A stretch of 64,000 nucleotides of DNA from Desulfuromonadales bacterium (GTDB lineage Bacteria > Desulfobacterota > Desulfuromonadia > Desulfuromonadales > SZUA-540), in contig JAWSUS010000013.1 in NCBI GenBank assembly GCA_033549025.1, forward strand, positions 1 to 64,000, written 5' to 3'. The translations under genes and the position numbers were made by a program. Positions within the stretch are counted from its first letter, which is position 1. Each line of letters starts with the position of its first letter. Below, in pieces: positions 26,334-36,537 of this stretch. A model generated the notes under the pieces. The model was not told the origin of the DNA. It was given only the letters and a program-made list of their open reading frames with translations, and did not search any database.

Positions 26334-28544
26334 TCAGTAACGCCCGAACTCCTCGTCATCCAGGGCGATGACCTGCGAGGCGTCCTGAACCTTTGAGGGG
26401 GCCGGTGATGACTGGGCCTCCCAGCCGGATGCGGGTGCGGGCTTGGCGGGCGCCGCCGAGGGCAGGCTCAGGGTCGGATTCGGGTCGAGCTCTGGCTGAA
26501 CGTAGTCCTGGCCGAGATTTTTCAGAGAAAAGCGGGCCAGCATCTGCTGCAGCTGGGCAGCCTGACTCGACAGCTCTTCGGCGGCGGCGGCGCTCTCTTC
26601 GGCGTTGGCCGTATTCTGCTGGGTCACCTGATCGATCTGGCCCAGCCCCTGGTTGACCTGGGCGATGCCCTGGGCCTGTTCGTTGGAGGCGGCGGCGATC
26701 TCGGCCACCAGGTCGGTGGCCTTGGAAATGCCGGTCACAATCTCGCCCAACGCGACAGCGGTACGGTCGGCAATCTCCGAACCGTTCTGAGCCTTTTTCA
26801 CCGAACCCTCGATGAGCTCAGCCGTTTCAGCCGCGGCCTTGGCGCTGCGGGCGGCCAGATTGCGCACCTCTTCCGCCACCACGGCGAAGCCCTTGCCGTG
26901 CTGACCGGCGCGGGCCGCTTCGACGGCGGCGTTCAGGGCCAGCAGATTGGTCTGGAAGGCGATTTCGTCGATGACTTTGATAATGCGGGAGATGTTCTCC
27001 CCCGACTCGTTGATGTCGTTCATGGCCGCCACCATCTGCTGCATCTGAGCGTTGCCGTTTTCGGCCGCGCCGCGGGCGGTCGTGGCCAGATGATTGGCCT
27101 GGGTGGCGTTTTCGGCGTTGAGGCGGGTCTGGGAAGCCAGTTCGGCCATGGAGCTGGTAATCTGCTCCAGCGAACTGGCCTGCTCTGTCGCCCCCTGCGA
27201 GAGGGACTGGCTTGAATCGGCCACCTGGGCGCTGCCCGAGGCCATCTGAGATCCGGCCACATGAATCTGGGCCAGGATACCGTTGAGGTCTTCCCCCACC
27301 CGACTGAGAGCACGGCGGATGACATCCTGCTCATCACGGGGACGCACTTCGAAAGTCAGGTCCCCATCGGCCAGCTTCTGCAACGAAGCCACCACCTCGC
27401 CCTGCAGACTGTCGGCAAAACCATCCATGGCCGCAGCCATCTCACCGATTTCGTCCTTGCGCTTCATGCGCAGACGCTGGTCCAGGTGACCGCGCTCCAG
27501 GCCCCGGATCATGGCGACGGCGCGCTTCATGGCCCCCGAGATATCACGAGAGATCAACAAGCCCAGGGCGATGGCCAGAATGATAGCCAGAATCACTGCC
27601 ACCACCATGGCCGTGCGGGCCTTGGCGGCCCCGGCCTGCGCGTCGGCGCTGTTTTTCGCCGAATGCTCGGTGTCGGCCGTCATGATCTGTGCGAGAAGCT
27701 TTTCCACCGCGGAAAAAGCCTGACGTTCGCTACCGAAAGCCACCTGGACCGCCTGCTCCAGAAAGCCGACATTTTCCCGCACATCCTCAAGGGCTTCGTG
27801 GAAAACTGCCTCGATAGCGGCCAGCGTCGGCACAACCTCGGTGTCGAAAAGAGCTCGGGCGGCGCGGGTCTGACCGGCGGCGAGCATCTTGTTGATCTGC
27901 CCGCCGTAGCCGTGGAGGCGATTGTGGGGTTCATGGAATTTGGCGATGATGCTGTTGAAATGGGGATCGTCCGAGGTAAAGGTCGACATCCACTTGCCCA
28001 TGGCGCACAGGGCCGGGTCCAGCTGTTTCATGAATTGGTCGCCCTGGGCGATGCTCATGTCCAGGGTGTCGACCCATTTGACATGGTCGAGCTGCCGAGC
28101 GACCAGAATAGCTTCCAGGGTCTCCACGTCATCGAGTTTCACCCGCGAGGCCAACTCAACCAGTTTGGCATGCTCCGTCTTCCAGGTTTCCAGCGCGGCC
28201 GTAAACCGTTTCCAGAGGGCCGCCTCTTCATCGGAATGAGACAGACCGCCATACAGGTTGTACCCTTCGTCAAACTTCCCCCAGCGTTTTTCCAGGTTGT
28301 CGATTTCGTGCTGGCGGTCCTTGGCGGTGATACTGGCGATCACCATGGTACGCTCCGCCGACTTGATACCGTTCATCCCTTCCATCATCAGGGCCAGGCC
28401 CCGCAGGGCCGGCACATTGACCTCGGCCTGCTCCCGCAACGACCCTTCGGTGGAGCGGATGCCGAACCAGCCGACGGCGCCGACGAAGGCGCAGATAAGG
28501 GCGACAATGACAAAAGCGCCCGTGAGTTTCGCAAAAATCTTCAT
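26334..28544 (-). CDS. Methyl-accepting chemotaxis protein; periplasmic four-helix-bundle region with inserted CZB domain, two HAMP domains, C-terminal pentapeptide EFGRY
   Basis: Two TM helices; DHVKW...LCAMGKW...[26 protein letters not shown]. Confidence 0.93.
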   Translation of the reverse strand: MKIFAKLTGAFVIVALICAFVGAVGWFGIRSTEGSLREQAEVNVPALRGLALMMEGMNGIKSAERTMVIASITAKDRQHEIDNLEKRWGKFDEGYNLYGGLSHSDEEAALWKRFTAALETWKTEHAKLVELASRVKLDDVETLEAILVARQLDHVKWVDTLDMSIAQGDQFMKQLDPALCAMGKWMSTFTSDDPHFNSIIAKFHEPHNRLHGYGGQINKMLAAGQTRAARALFDTEVVPTLAAIEAVFHEALEDVRENVGFLEQAVQVAFGSERQAFSAVEKLLAQIMTADTEHSAKNSADAQAGAAKARTAMVVAVILAIILAIALGLLISRDISGAMKRAVAMIRGLERGHLDQRLRMKRKDEIGEMAAAMDGFADSLQGEVVASLQKLADGDLTFEVRPRDEQDVIRRALSRVGEDLNGILAQIHVAGSQMASGSAQVADSSQSLSQGATEQASSLEQITSSMAELASQTRLNAENATQANHLATTARGAAENGNAQMQQMVAAMNDINESGENISRIIKVIDEIAFQTNLLALNAAVEAARAGQHGKGFAVVAEEVRNLAARSAKAAAETAELIEGSVKKAQNGSEIADRTAVALGEIVTGISKATDLVAEIAAASNEQAQGIAQVNQGLGQIDQVTQQNTANAEESAAAAEELSSQAAQLQQMLARFSLKNLGQDYVQPELDPNPTLSLPSAAPAKPAPASGWEAQSSPAPSKVQDASQVIALDDEEFGRY

Positions 28545-28615
28545 AAAAAAACCTCCCGCCTGAGTGAATAAATCAAATGAGCTACGACAAGCAGCACTCA
28601 TCTTAGAGGGCGTTA

Positions 28616-28631
28616 AGCAAGCACAATGCCA
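28616..28631 (-). promoter_or_regulatory. Sigma-54 promoter of the CZB chemoreceptor gene
   Basis: TGGCATTGTGCTTGCT, near-consensus -24/-12. Confidence 0.8.
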
Positions 28632-28719
28632 GAAAATATGGACGTTTTTGAGGCAATGACAGCCTCCTGATCCGTCCCAAAGTCAAATAACCGTCCTTTG
28701 GGTGCCGGGATATTGGCTT

Positions 28720-31488
28720 TTACAGTCTCACCGCCGCCCGGCCATACTGGCCATAGGGAGCAGCTTGCGCTAAAAGGGGCGCCAGCTCTTCCACCCGGCA
28801 GGGACGACTGAAGAAGTAGCCCTGCATCTCCAGGCAGTCACGGGTTTTCAGGTAGTCGAGCTGAAGTTCGGTCTCGACTCCCTCGGCGATGACATTCAGG
28901 TCGAGACTGCGGGCCAGGGCCAGAATGGCTTCAACGATGGCCTTGTCGCTGCCGTCCTCGGGGAGGCGGCGCACGAAGGACTGGTCGATCTTCACCCGGT
29001 CGATAGGGAAGTTCTTCAGGTAACTCAGCGACGAATACCCCGTGCCGAAGTCGTCGATGGCCAGGCTGATGCCGCGCACTTTCAGATCCGTGAGGGTCAT
29101 GATGGTGCTCTCGATGTTGTCCATCAGGTGCCCCTCGGTCAGTTCCAGCTCCAGACACTCGGAGGGGAGTCCCGTTTCTGCCAGCACACGGTCGATCAGG
29201 TCGATGAATTTGGGCTGTTTGAACTGCATCCCCGAAATATTTACCGCCACTTTCACCTCGGGGTTGCCGTTGTCGCGCCAGGTGCGGCACTGACGGCAGG
29301 CGGTACGCAACACCCATTCGTCGATGGCCAGAATCAGCGCCGTCTCTTCGGCCAGAGGGATGAACTCGCCGGGGGAGACCAGTCCTTTGACCGGATCCTG
29401 CCAACGCACCAGGGCCTCCAGACAGGTGATGCGCCCCGTGTCCAGGTTGATCTGGGGCTGGAAGCAGAGGAAAAATTCATCGTTAAGCAGCGCTCTTCGA
29501 ATGCCGTTTTCCAGTTCCAGCCGCTTCAGGGCCAGGCCGTTCATATCCTCGGAGAAGAAATGATAGCGGTTGCGCCCCAGACGCTTGGCCTCGTACATGG
29601 CGATATCGGCGTTTTTCAGCAGGGTGTCGGCGTCTTCGGCGTCCCGGGGAAAGAGGGCGATGCCGGTACTGCAGGAGCTGTAGGTCTGATGCCCGCCCAC
29701 CCATAACGGCTCGGTGAAGATGTCGAGAATCCGCTGGGCGAAGATCGCCGGGCTGTCATCGTGTTCGACATCTTCCAGAATAATGGCGAACTCGTCGCCG
29801 GAAAGGCGCGCCACCGTATCCATATTGCGCGTGCACTCTTCCATGAGCCGCGCCACGCGGGTCAGCAATTCGTCGCCCATCTGATGGCCGAGGGAATCGT
29901 TGATATTCTTGAAGCGGTCAAGATCGACAAAGAGCACCGCCAGCTTCTTTCCACGACGCTGGGCCATTTTCATTGATTGCCGCAGGCGGTCCATGAACAG
30001 CCGGCGATTGGGCAGGCCGGTGAGGGCATCGAAATAGGCCAGTTCGCGGATACGGCTTTCCGCCTCCTTGCGCTCCGTTACGTCACGGGAGATGTGAATA
30101 ATCTGGCGAATCTTACCGTCGGCCGCCTTGATGGGGACGGCGACGACCTCTTTGTAGCGGGTTCCCTCGGGCGTCTGCACTTCGTTTTCGACGACGACCT
30201 TCTCGCCCGCGGCGGCGCTGCGCACCAGCGAACAATCGCGGCCATCGTTGAAGCAGGGGGAAGAAAATCCGTGGATCACCTCATGACAGGTGCGACCCAG
30301 CACCCCCTTTTCGTTCAGACAACCTTCCTCCGAGAGAAACACTTCATTGACGGACAAAATGCGGTAATCCTGGGCGTCGATGACAATCAGCGCGTCGTGC
30401 AAACTGTTGATAACGCTGGCATTGAATTCACTGAATTCCCGCAGGGCGTCTTCCACCGCCTGGCGCTCGCGGATGTCTTCCTCCAGCAGGCGATTGGTGT
30501 GATGCAGTTCTTCCGTGCGCTCGGCCACCTGAGATTCCAGGGTATCCCGGCTCTGCTTGAGGTTGGTCGAGAGACTGTTGAAGGCGGCGGCCACCTCGTT
30601 GAGCTCAAGGGTGTCGAAAGAACCCACCTGCTCACCCAGCCGCGATTCGTTGTGAACGATCTGCACGACCTTGTCTTGAATCGTCCCCAGGGGTCTGATA
30701 ACAAAGCGTCGAGCCAAAAACCACTGCAGGGCAAAGAGGCCGATGAAAACGGCGCCAATCACCCCGTAAAGCCTGTGGGAAAAGCGATCGGCGTTGGCAT
30801 AGGCCGCCGCCAGAGGGATGCGAACGGAGAGAGCCGAGACGAGCTGGCCTTCAAAACGGTCGAAGCTCCTTTCCGGTCCATAAAGCGCAACCAGGTCGGC
30901 GGGGGCTCTGTCGGGATCGAGGTGACAGCGCAGACAGGAAGCCTCCATCGCCTCACCGCGCACCATGACCTCAAAAAAGGGCTTTCCGTCGATTACCCGT
31001 ACGCCTGACCACTCGTTCAGACTCGGATTCTGGCGCAGGGCCTCGAGAAACGCGCGCTCATACTCATCGGCTTCGTTGTCCGGGCTGCGGGCATCTACCG
31101 CCGCCTCCTTGTAGTAGAGCCCGTCGTTATTTTCTACATTGTCGTAGAAGATTCGGTTGATTTCCCGCACGGCATAGGTCGACGACATCCAGGTCGGGTC
31201 AAAATAGGCTGGTTCCACGGAGCCACCCTGACCCAACCGCTCAAAGAGGCGGGGCTTGAGCTGGCTGTTGAAGTATTGGTGAACGGCCAGGTTGCGCTGC
31301 AGAATCACTTGGGAGCGCCCCCGGGCCTCCTCCAGAGAGTGGCGCCGCATGCCGTAGTTGACAAAAGCCACCAGAGCCAGACTTGCCACCACAAAGAGGA
31401 CCACATTGACCAAGCCCAACACATGGCTGATCCGTGGCGTCCCACCTTTCTGCGGCGACTTCCGTGTTTTCTGATCTAAATGGGCCAT
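28720..31488 (-). CDS. Membrane diguanylate cyclase/phosphodiesterase: heme-c (DUF3365-like) sensor, HAMP, PAS, GGDEF, EAL
   Basis: CLRCH between TM helices; RLSGDEF; EALVRW, DDFGTGYSSL; alternative start at 31509. Confidence 0.92.
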   Translation of the reverse strand: MAHLDQKTRKSPQKGGTPRISHVLGLVNVVLFVVASLALVAFVNYGMRRHSLEEARGRSQVILQRNLAVHQYFNSQLKPRLFERLGQGGSVEPAYFDPTWMSSTYAVREINRIFYDNVENNDGLYYKEAAVDARSPDNEADEYERAFLEALRQNPSLNEWSGVRVIDGKPFFEVMVRGEAMEASCLRCHLDPDRAPADLVALYGPERSFDRFEGQLVSALSVRIPLAAAYANADRFSHRLYGVIGAVFIGLFALQWFLARRFVIRPLGTIQDKVVQIVHNESRLGEQVGSFDTLELNEVAAAFNSLSTNLKQSRDTLESQVAERTEELHHTNRLLEEDIRERQAVEDALREFSEFNASVINSLHDALIVIDAQDYRILSVNEVFLSEEGCLNEKGVLGRTCHEVIHGFSSPCFNDGRDCSLVRSAAAGEKVVVENEVQTPEGTRYKEVVAVPIKAADGKIRQIIHISRDVTERKEAESRIRELAYFDALTGLPNRRLFMDRLRQSMKMAQRRGKKLAVLFVDLDRFKNINDSLGHQMGDELLTRVARLMEECTRNMDTVARLSGDEFAIILEDVEHDDSPAIFAQRILDIFTEPLWVGGHQTYSSCSTGIALFPRDAEDADTLLKNADIAMYEAKRLGRNRYHFFSEDMNGLALKRLELENGIRRALLNDEFFLCFQPQINLDTGRITCLEALVRWQDPVKGLVSPGEFIPLAEETALILAIDEWVLRTACRQCRTWRDNGNPEVKVAVNISGMQFKQPKFIDLIDRVLAETGLPSECLELELTEGHLMDNIESTIMTLTDLKVRGISLAIDDFGTGYSSLSYLKNFPIDRVKIDQSFVRRLPEDGSDKAIVEAILALARSLDLNVIAEGVETELQLDYLKTRDCLEMQGYFFSRPCRVEELAPLLAQAAPYGQYGRAAVRL

Positions 31489-31536
31489 AAGAACTTGTTC
31501 CCCTAACATCTGTCTATTTCATAGCATCGATAAAAT

Positions 31537-32604
31537 TTAAAGGCAGACCCTCAGCACCGCCGGGGCCAGCCCTTCCAGGGGCAGCACCCTGTCCACCCCA
31601 CCTTTTCTAATTGCCTCCTGTGGCATACCGAAAACAACGCAGGTGGCCTGGTCCTGGGCGAAGGTGACGGCGCCGGCCTCTTTGAGTTCGAGCATGCCGC
31701 GGGCACCGTCGTCCCCCATACCGGTCATGATCACCCCGACGGCGTTCTTGCCGGCGTAGCGGGCCGCCGAGCGGAAGAGTACATCGACGGAGGGGCGATG
31801 GCGGCTGACCAGGGGGCCGTCCTTGATCTGCACGTAGTAGCGGGCGCCGCTGCGTTTGAGCAGCATGTGGTGATTGCCGGGGGCGATGAGCACGTGGCCG
31901 CGCAGCACCGAATCGCCGTCTTTGGCTTCGGCGACGGAGACGGCACAGAGACTGTCGAGGCGTTTGGCGAAGTTGGCGGTGAAATTCTCCGGCATATGCT
32001 GTACCACGACCACACCGGGGCTGTCCATGGGCAGGGCCTGCAGAAAGACCCGCAACGCCTCGGTGCCGCCCGTGGACGCGCCGACGGCCACGACCTTTTC
32101 GGTGGTCTGCAGCATGGCGCCCGAGGCCGGCTTCTGCAGCACGGCATCGGCGGTCAGCTTGGGCGCCGCCTTGATGGTGCGCTCGCTGAGGCGGTGCGGC
32201 TGAGCCGAGGCAGCGGCCTTGACGGTATCGCAGATGCGCAGGCGGGATTCTTCCAGAAACTGCCGCGTGCCCAGGCGGGGCTTCTCGATAATTTCCACGG
32301 CGCCGTATTCCAGGGCCTTCAAGGCCGTCTCCGTCCCCTGGCCCGTCAGGCTCGAACAGATGACCACGGGGATGGGGTGCTGGCTCATGATCTTCTGCAA
32401 AAAGGTGATGCCGTCCATGCGCGGCATCTCGACGTCGAGGGTGATGACGTCGGGGATCTCCTCCTTCAAACGGTCGGAGGCGATAAAGGGGTCGGCCGCC
32501 GTGGCCATGACCTCGATCTGCGGATCGGAGGCGAGGAGATCGGCCAGAGTCTGGCGCACCAGGGCCGAGTCGTCGACAATCAGCACGCGGATTTTTTTCT
32601 TCAT
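31537..32604 (-). CDS. cheB: Chemotaxis methylesterase
   Basis: REC domain plus GASTGG, QHMP, RPSVD, TGMGDDG. Confidence 0.96.
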   Translation of the reverse strand: MKKKIRVLIVDDSALVRQTLADLLASDPQIEVMATAADPFIASDRLKEEIPDVITLDVEMPRMDGITFLQKIMSQHPIPVVICSSLTGQGTETALKALEYGAVEIIEKPRLGTRQFLEESRLRICDTVKAAASAQPHRLSERTIKAAPKLTADAVLQKPASGAMLQTTEKVVAVGASTGGTEALRVFLQALPMDSPGVVVVQHMPENFTANFAKRLDSLCAVSVAEAKDGDSVLRGHVLIAPGNHHMLLKRSGARYYVQIKDGPLVSRHRPSVDVLFRSAARYAGKNAVGVIMTGMGDDGARGMLELKEAGAVTFAQDQATCVVFGMPQEAIRKGGVDRVLPLEGLAPAVLRVCL

Positions 32605-33086
32605 GACCGCCCTCCCTGCCCCAGCCGCTTGAGCCAGACTTCGCCTGTATGTGAATGAAACAGAATCTTGCGCCCCTGTTTGCCTCCCGTATCGGAGGAA
32701 GCGACCCGCAACCCCGCCCCGTTGATAAAATCCATGGCCGCCCGGATATTTTTAGTCCCCACGGTGCCGCCGGAAAAGCCGCCGGTGGTGGTCAGCACAT
32801 CGGCGCCGCCGAAGACCTTGACCTCGATCTCACGGCGCAGAATCCTGCGCTTTTCAAATTGCTCCAGCATGTGGGCCAGGGCGCAGTTGACGAACTTGAA
32901 ACAGTCCTCCGTGGTGCTGGAGGGGAGCAGGGCGTGGCAGATCGCCGCCAGACCCGTTCGCTTGTGGAAGAAGGTCACTGCCACGCACGATCCCAGAATG
33001 GTGGATACCAGGGCTGGTTCGCTGAGAATGAGCAACTCGGCCGGCATCAGAAAAAACGCATTGGGCGGCGCGGCAAAATCGGTCAT
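32601..33086 (-). CDS. cheD: Chemoreceptor glutamine deamidase
   Basis: [28 protein letters not shown]. Confidence 0.92.
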   Translation of the reverse strand: MTDFAAPPNAFFLMPAELLILSEPALVSTILGSCVAVTFFHKRTGLAAICHALLPSSTTEDCFKFVNCALAHMLEQFEKRRILRREIEVKVFGGADVLTTTGGFSGGTVGTKNIRAAMDFINGAGLRVASSDTGGKQGRKILFHSHTGEVWLKRLGQGGRS

Positions 33087-33922
33087 CGCATAAACCTGTA
33101 CACGGTAGGAGCGACCTGTTTCAGAGGCACGTTATAGCCGTGCAGCGACTCGGAATGGCCGAGAAAAAGATAGCCGCCCGGCCGCAGATAACGGCAAAAG
33201 CGGTTCATAAGCTGTTCCTGGGTCGGCTTGTCAAAGTAGATGATGACGTTGCGGCAGAAAATGATGTCCATGGGCTCGGGCCAGCCGAAGTCGTCATCCA
33301 TAAAATTCAGGCGACCAAACGTCACCTGGGCCCGCTGCGCCGGGGCGATACGCACCAGAGGGCTGTTGGGATCCTTGCTCTTGAGCAGGTATTTTTTACG
33401 AAAGGCCTGGCTGACGGGGGCGATCAGCCGCTTTTCGTACACCGCCCGCCTCGCCTTTTCGAGCACACGGGTACTGATGTCCGTGGCTAAGATATCAAAT
33501 TTGAAACCCGGCACCGTCTCGGCATAGTCGGAGAGCACCATGGCCAGGGTGTAGGGTTCTTCCCCGGTGGAGCAACCGGCGCTCCACAGACGCAGGCGAC
33601 GGCGCATCCCGGCCCCAGAGGTGCGGGCCAGTTCGGGCAGGGTGGTGGCGGTCAGGTAGTCAAAATGGCTCGGCTCCCGAAAAAAATCCGTCTTATTGGT
33701 GGTAACCGCGTCAAGGAGATGGACCAGCTCTTCGCCCTGCCCCTCTTCGCTGAAGACATGACGGCAGTAGTCGTCGTGGCTATCCAGTCCCAGAGCGCGC
33801 ATACGCTTGGTCAGACGCCCCTCGAGCATGGTCTTCTTGCCCGGCGGCATCTTGATGCCCAGCTCATCGTAAATGAAATGACTGAGCTCGTTGAAGGTTT
33901 TGGCGGAAAGGCCTGATTTCAC
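33083..33922 (-). CDS. cheR: Chemotaxis methyltransferase
   Basis: TTNKTDFFRE, WSAGCSTGEEPY, IFCRNVIIYF. Confidence 0.96.
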   Translation of the reverse strand: MKSGLSAKTFNELSHFIYDELGIKMPPGKKTMLEGRLTKRMRALGLDSHDDYCRHVFSEEGQGEELVHLLDAVTTNKTDFFREPSHFDYLTATTLPELARTSGAGMRRRLRLWSAGCSTGEEPYTLAMVLSDYAETVPGFKFDILATDISTRVLEKARRAVYEKRLIAPVSQAFRKKYLLKSKDPNSPLVRIAPAQRAQVTFGRLNFMDDDFGWPEPMDIIFCRNVIIYFDKPTQEQLMNRFCRYLRPGGYLFLGHSESLHGYNVPLKQVAPTVYRFMR

Positions 33923-33936
33923 CCGTATCTCCTATG

Positions 33937-33968
33937 GTCGCCCCCGGCGATGGACCACCGGGGGCGAC
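33937..33968. other. Intra-operon GC-rich stem-loop between the MCP gene and cheR
   Basis: GTCGCCCCCGG-N10-CCGGGGGCGAC, perfect 11-bp stem, no U-tract. Confidence 0.7.
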
Positions 33969-33976
33969 TCTGCAGG

Positions 33977-35965
33977 CTAGAAGCGCTCGAACTCGTCGTC
34001 CAGCTTGTCGCTGCCCGACCCCATGTCCAGCTGCAGACCCTTGCCGGCCGTTTTCGGCGCGGAAGGCTTGGCCGCCGGCTTGACCGAGGTCGCTTTGGGC
34101 GAAGGCAGGGCGCGGGTGGTAACGCGGGCGGCACTGCCGCTGTTCACCTTGAAGAAGGCGATGGTGTGCTGCAGCTGCTCGGCCTGGCTGTTGAGCTCTT
34201 CCGAAGTCGAGGCCATCTCTTCCGAAGCGGAAGAGTTCTGCTGAATGACCTGGTCGAGCTGCTGGATGGCCTTGTTGACCTGCTCGGCGCCGGCATCCTG
34301 TTCCCTGCTGGCGGCGGAGATTTCCTGCACCAGCTCGGCGGTACGCTGGATGTCGGGCACCATGCGGGCCAGCATTTCGCCCGCCTTTTCCGCCACTTCG
34401 ACGCTGCTGCTCGACAGGTCGCTGATTTCGGCGGCAGCGTGCTGACTGCGCTCCGCCAGCTTGCGCACCTCGGCGGCCACCACGGCGAAGCCCTTGCCGT
34501 GCTCCCCGGCCCGGGCGGCTTCGATGGCGGCGTTCAGGGCCAGCAGGTTGGTCTGGCGGGCGATCTCTTCGATGATGCTGATCTTATCGGCGATATCCTT
34601 CATGGCCGACACGGTCTCGGCGACGGCCTTGCCGCCGTCCTGGGCGTCGCGGGCCGACTGGGTGGCGATTTTCTCCGTCTGCAGGGCGTTATCGGCATTC
34701 TGACGGATGTTGGCGGCCATCTGCTCCATGGAGCTGCTGGCCTCTTCGGCGGCTGCGGCCTGTTCGGTGGCCCCCTGGCTCATCTCTTCAGAAGAAGCGG
34801 AGAGCTCCTGGCTGCCGGAAGCCACGTTGTCGGAGGCGTTCTGCACGTTGCCGACGATCTCGGTGAGTTTTTCCACCATGTTCTTCATGGCCGCATAGAC
34901 GCTGGCTTCGTTCTTCACAACCAGATCCATTTTCAGAGTCAGGTCGCCATCGGCAATCTTATTGGTGACCTCTTCAATCACCGAGGGATCGCAGCCGAGC
35001 TGGCGCAGGATGCCGCGAATCAGGAAGAGGGCCGCGAGGATACCGATGATGACGGCCACGATGGCCATGATGATGATCACGCGGATGGCCTGATCGTTGG
35101 CGGCCTGCACGCGGGGGCCCAGTTCGTCCTGAGCAGCCATGATGCTGAGCTTCAGATCTTCTAAATCCAAAACTATCTGATCACCAAGGCTTTCCATGGA
35201 CTCAATTTCTTTGTTGCGCTCAAATATGAGGTTGGCCACTTGATCGAAGTCTGCGGCATACTTTGTTTGGTAATCCATTACGGCGGCCAAAAGACGACGC
35301 CTTTCCGGGTTTTTCAACTCCCGATGCAACACCGCCAGTCCTTCGACGCAATCAGCCAGTTCCTTGTGGACCCGCTCTACATCTTCCAAGCTGTTTGCAT
35401 CAAGAAAACGCATCGCATAAACCCGGGCCAGCAACAGATCACGCAGCGCAAGGCTGGCATTATAAGCAGCAACCATGTCACCATCGGCCCGCGCACTAGT
35501 CAATATAGCTGTCAAATCTCTCTCTGCGGCAACCCCGAATTCACCTAAGTTTTTGACAAGCGCATTACGCTGTTCCCGCACACCGGCAATTTTTTCAAAG
35601 CTGGCACCGTATGCTTTGGCTTCTTCTTCAACTTTGGCCAGCTGTCGCTTTCGCTCTGGGTTTTGGATTGAATTCCCCGCTTCCTCAATAAACCCTTCCA
35701 TTGCCGAATACCGTCTATTAAATCGCTCCAGATCGTCTGTATGGCCACTGTTAATAAAATTCGCAGAAGCCACCTGGGCATCCAGCAGGTTGGCCTGAAT
35801 GCGACCACTCGTATTTGTGTTGCGGGCCATGCGGCGGTAATCGGAAAAATCTTTCGATGACTGGCTGATGGCATTGAAGGCCACGAAGCCGATGATCACC
35901 AGCAGGGCCAGCACCACCCCGAAACCGGCCGTCAATTTCTTGGCCAGACTCATTCCTTTAAACAT
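33977..35965 (-). CDS. Methyl-accepting chemotaxis protein with a large helical (HBM-like) periplasmic sensor; C-terminal pentapeptide EFERF
   Basis: Two TM helices, [20 protein letters not shown]. Confidence 0.94.
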   Translation of the reverse strand: MFKGMSLAKKLTAGFGVVLALLVIIGFVAFNAISQSSKDFSDYRRMARNTNTSGRIQANLLDAQVASANFINSGHTDDLERFNRRYSAMEGFIEEAGNSIQNPERKRQLAKVEEEAKAYGASFEKIAGVREQRNALVKNLGEFGVAAERDLTAILTSARADGDMVAAYNASLALRDLLLARVYAMRFLDANSLEDVERVHKELADCVEGLAVLHRELKNPERRRLLAAVMDYQTKYAADFDQVANLIFERNKEIESMESLGDQIVLDLEDLKLSIMAAQDELGPRVQAANDQAIRVIIIMAIVAVIIGILAALFLIRGILRQLGCDPSVIEEVTNKIADGDLTLKMDLVVKNEASVYAAMKNMVEKLTEIVGNVQNASDNVASGSQELSASSEEMSQGATEQAAAAEEASSSMEQMAANIRQNADNALQTEKIATQSARDAQDGGKAVAETVSAMKDIADKISIIEEIARQTNLLALNAAIEAARAGEHGKGFAVVAAEVRKLAERSQHAAAEISDLSSSSVEVAEKAGEMLARMVPDIQRTAELVQEISAASREQDAGAEQVNKAIQQLDQVIQQNSSASEEMASTSEELNSQAEQLQHTIAFFKVNSGSAARVTTRALPSPKATSVKPAAKPSAPKTAGKGLQLDMGSGSDKLDDEFERF

Positions 35966-35994
35966 AAAAACCTCCTGAATTAATTGTGTTTGAA

Positions 35995-36501
35995 TCAGAC
36001 TTTAACGGTTTCGTCCCCGGGTTGCCCGCCGGTCACTACCGCCAGCTCATCGCTGGAAAAGACCCGGTCGATGTCAAGAATGATGATGAACTGCTCGTCG
36101 CGCTTGCCCATCCCCTTAATGAACTCGGTACGCAGCCGCGTGCCAATGCGGGGGGGCGGCTCGATCTGATTGGGCTCCAGGTCAAGAACCTCCTGTACCG
36201 AATCGGCCAGGGCGCCAATGACGGTGGTCTCCCCTTCCAGGTCGATCTCGGTGATGATGATGCAGGTGTTGACGGTCTTCTCCGTCCGGGTCATGCCGAA
36301 CTTGAGGCGCATGTCCACCACCGGCACCACGTTGCCGCGCAGATTGATGACCCCGCGCATGAATTCGGGCGTTTGCGGCACCTTGGTCATTTCGGTGAAG
36401 TCGAGCACCTCGCGCACCTTGTCGATACCCAGGGCAAAGACTTCGCCATCCAGCCTGAAGGTCAGGTACTGGTTGGTCTCCATGCCGTTTTCCACACTCA
36501 T
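35995..36501 (-). CDS. cheW: Chemotaxis coupling protein
   Basis: QYLTF, GVINLRG..VPVVD. Confidence 0.95.
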   Translation of the reverse strand: MSVENGMETNQYLTFRLDGEVFALGIDKVREVLDFTEMTKVPQTPEFMRGVINLRGNVVPVVDMRLKFGMTRTEKTVNTCIIITEIDLEGETTVIGALADSVQEVLDLEPNQIEPPPRIGTRLRTEFIKGMGKRDEQFIIILDIDRVFSSDELAVVTGGQPGDETVKV

Positions 36502-36537
36502 ACGTACTCCTTCCTGTTTCGATATATGGGACTCTGT

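Noticed and set aside
26860..26960. DNA similarity among MCP genes (also near 34460-34560 and 39980-40080)
   Set aside because: Expected conservation of the chemoreceptor signalling tip.
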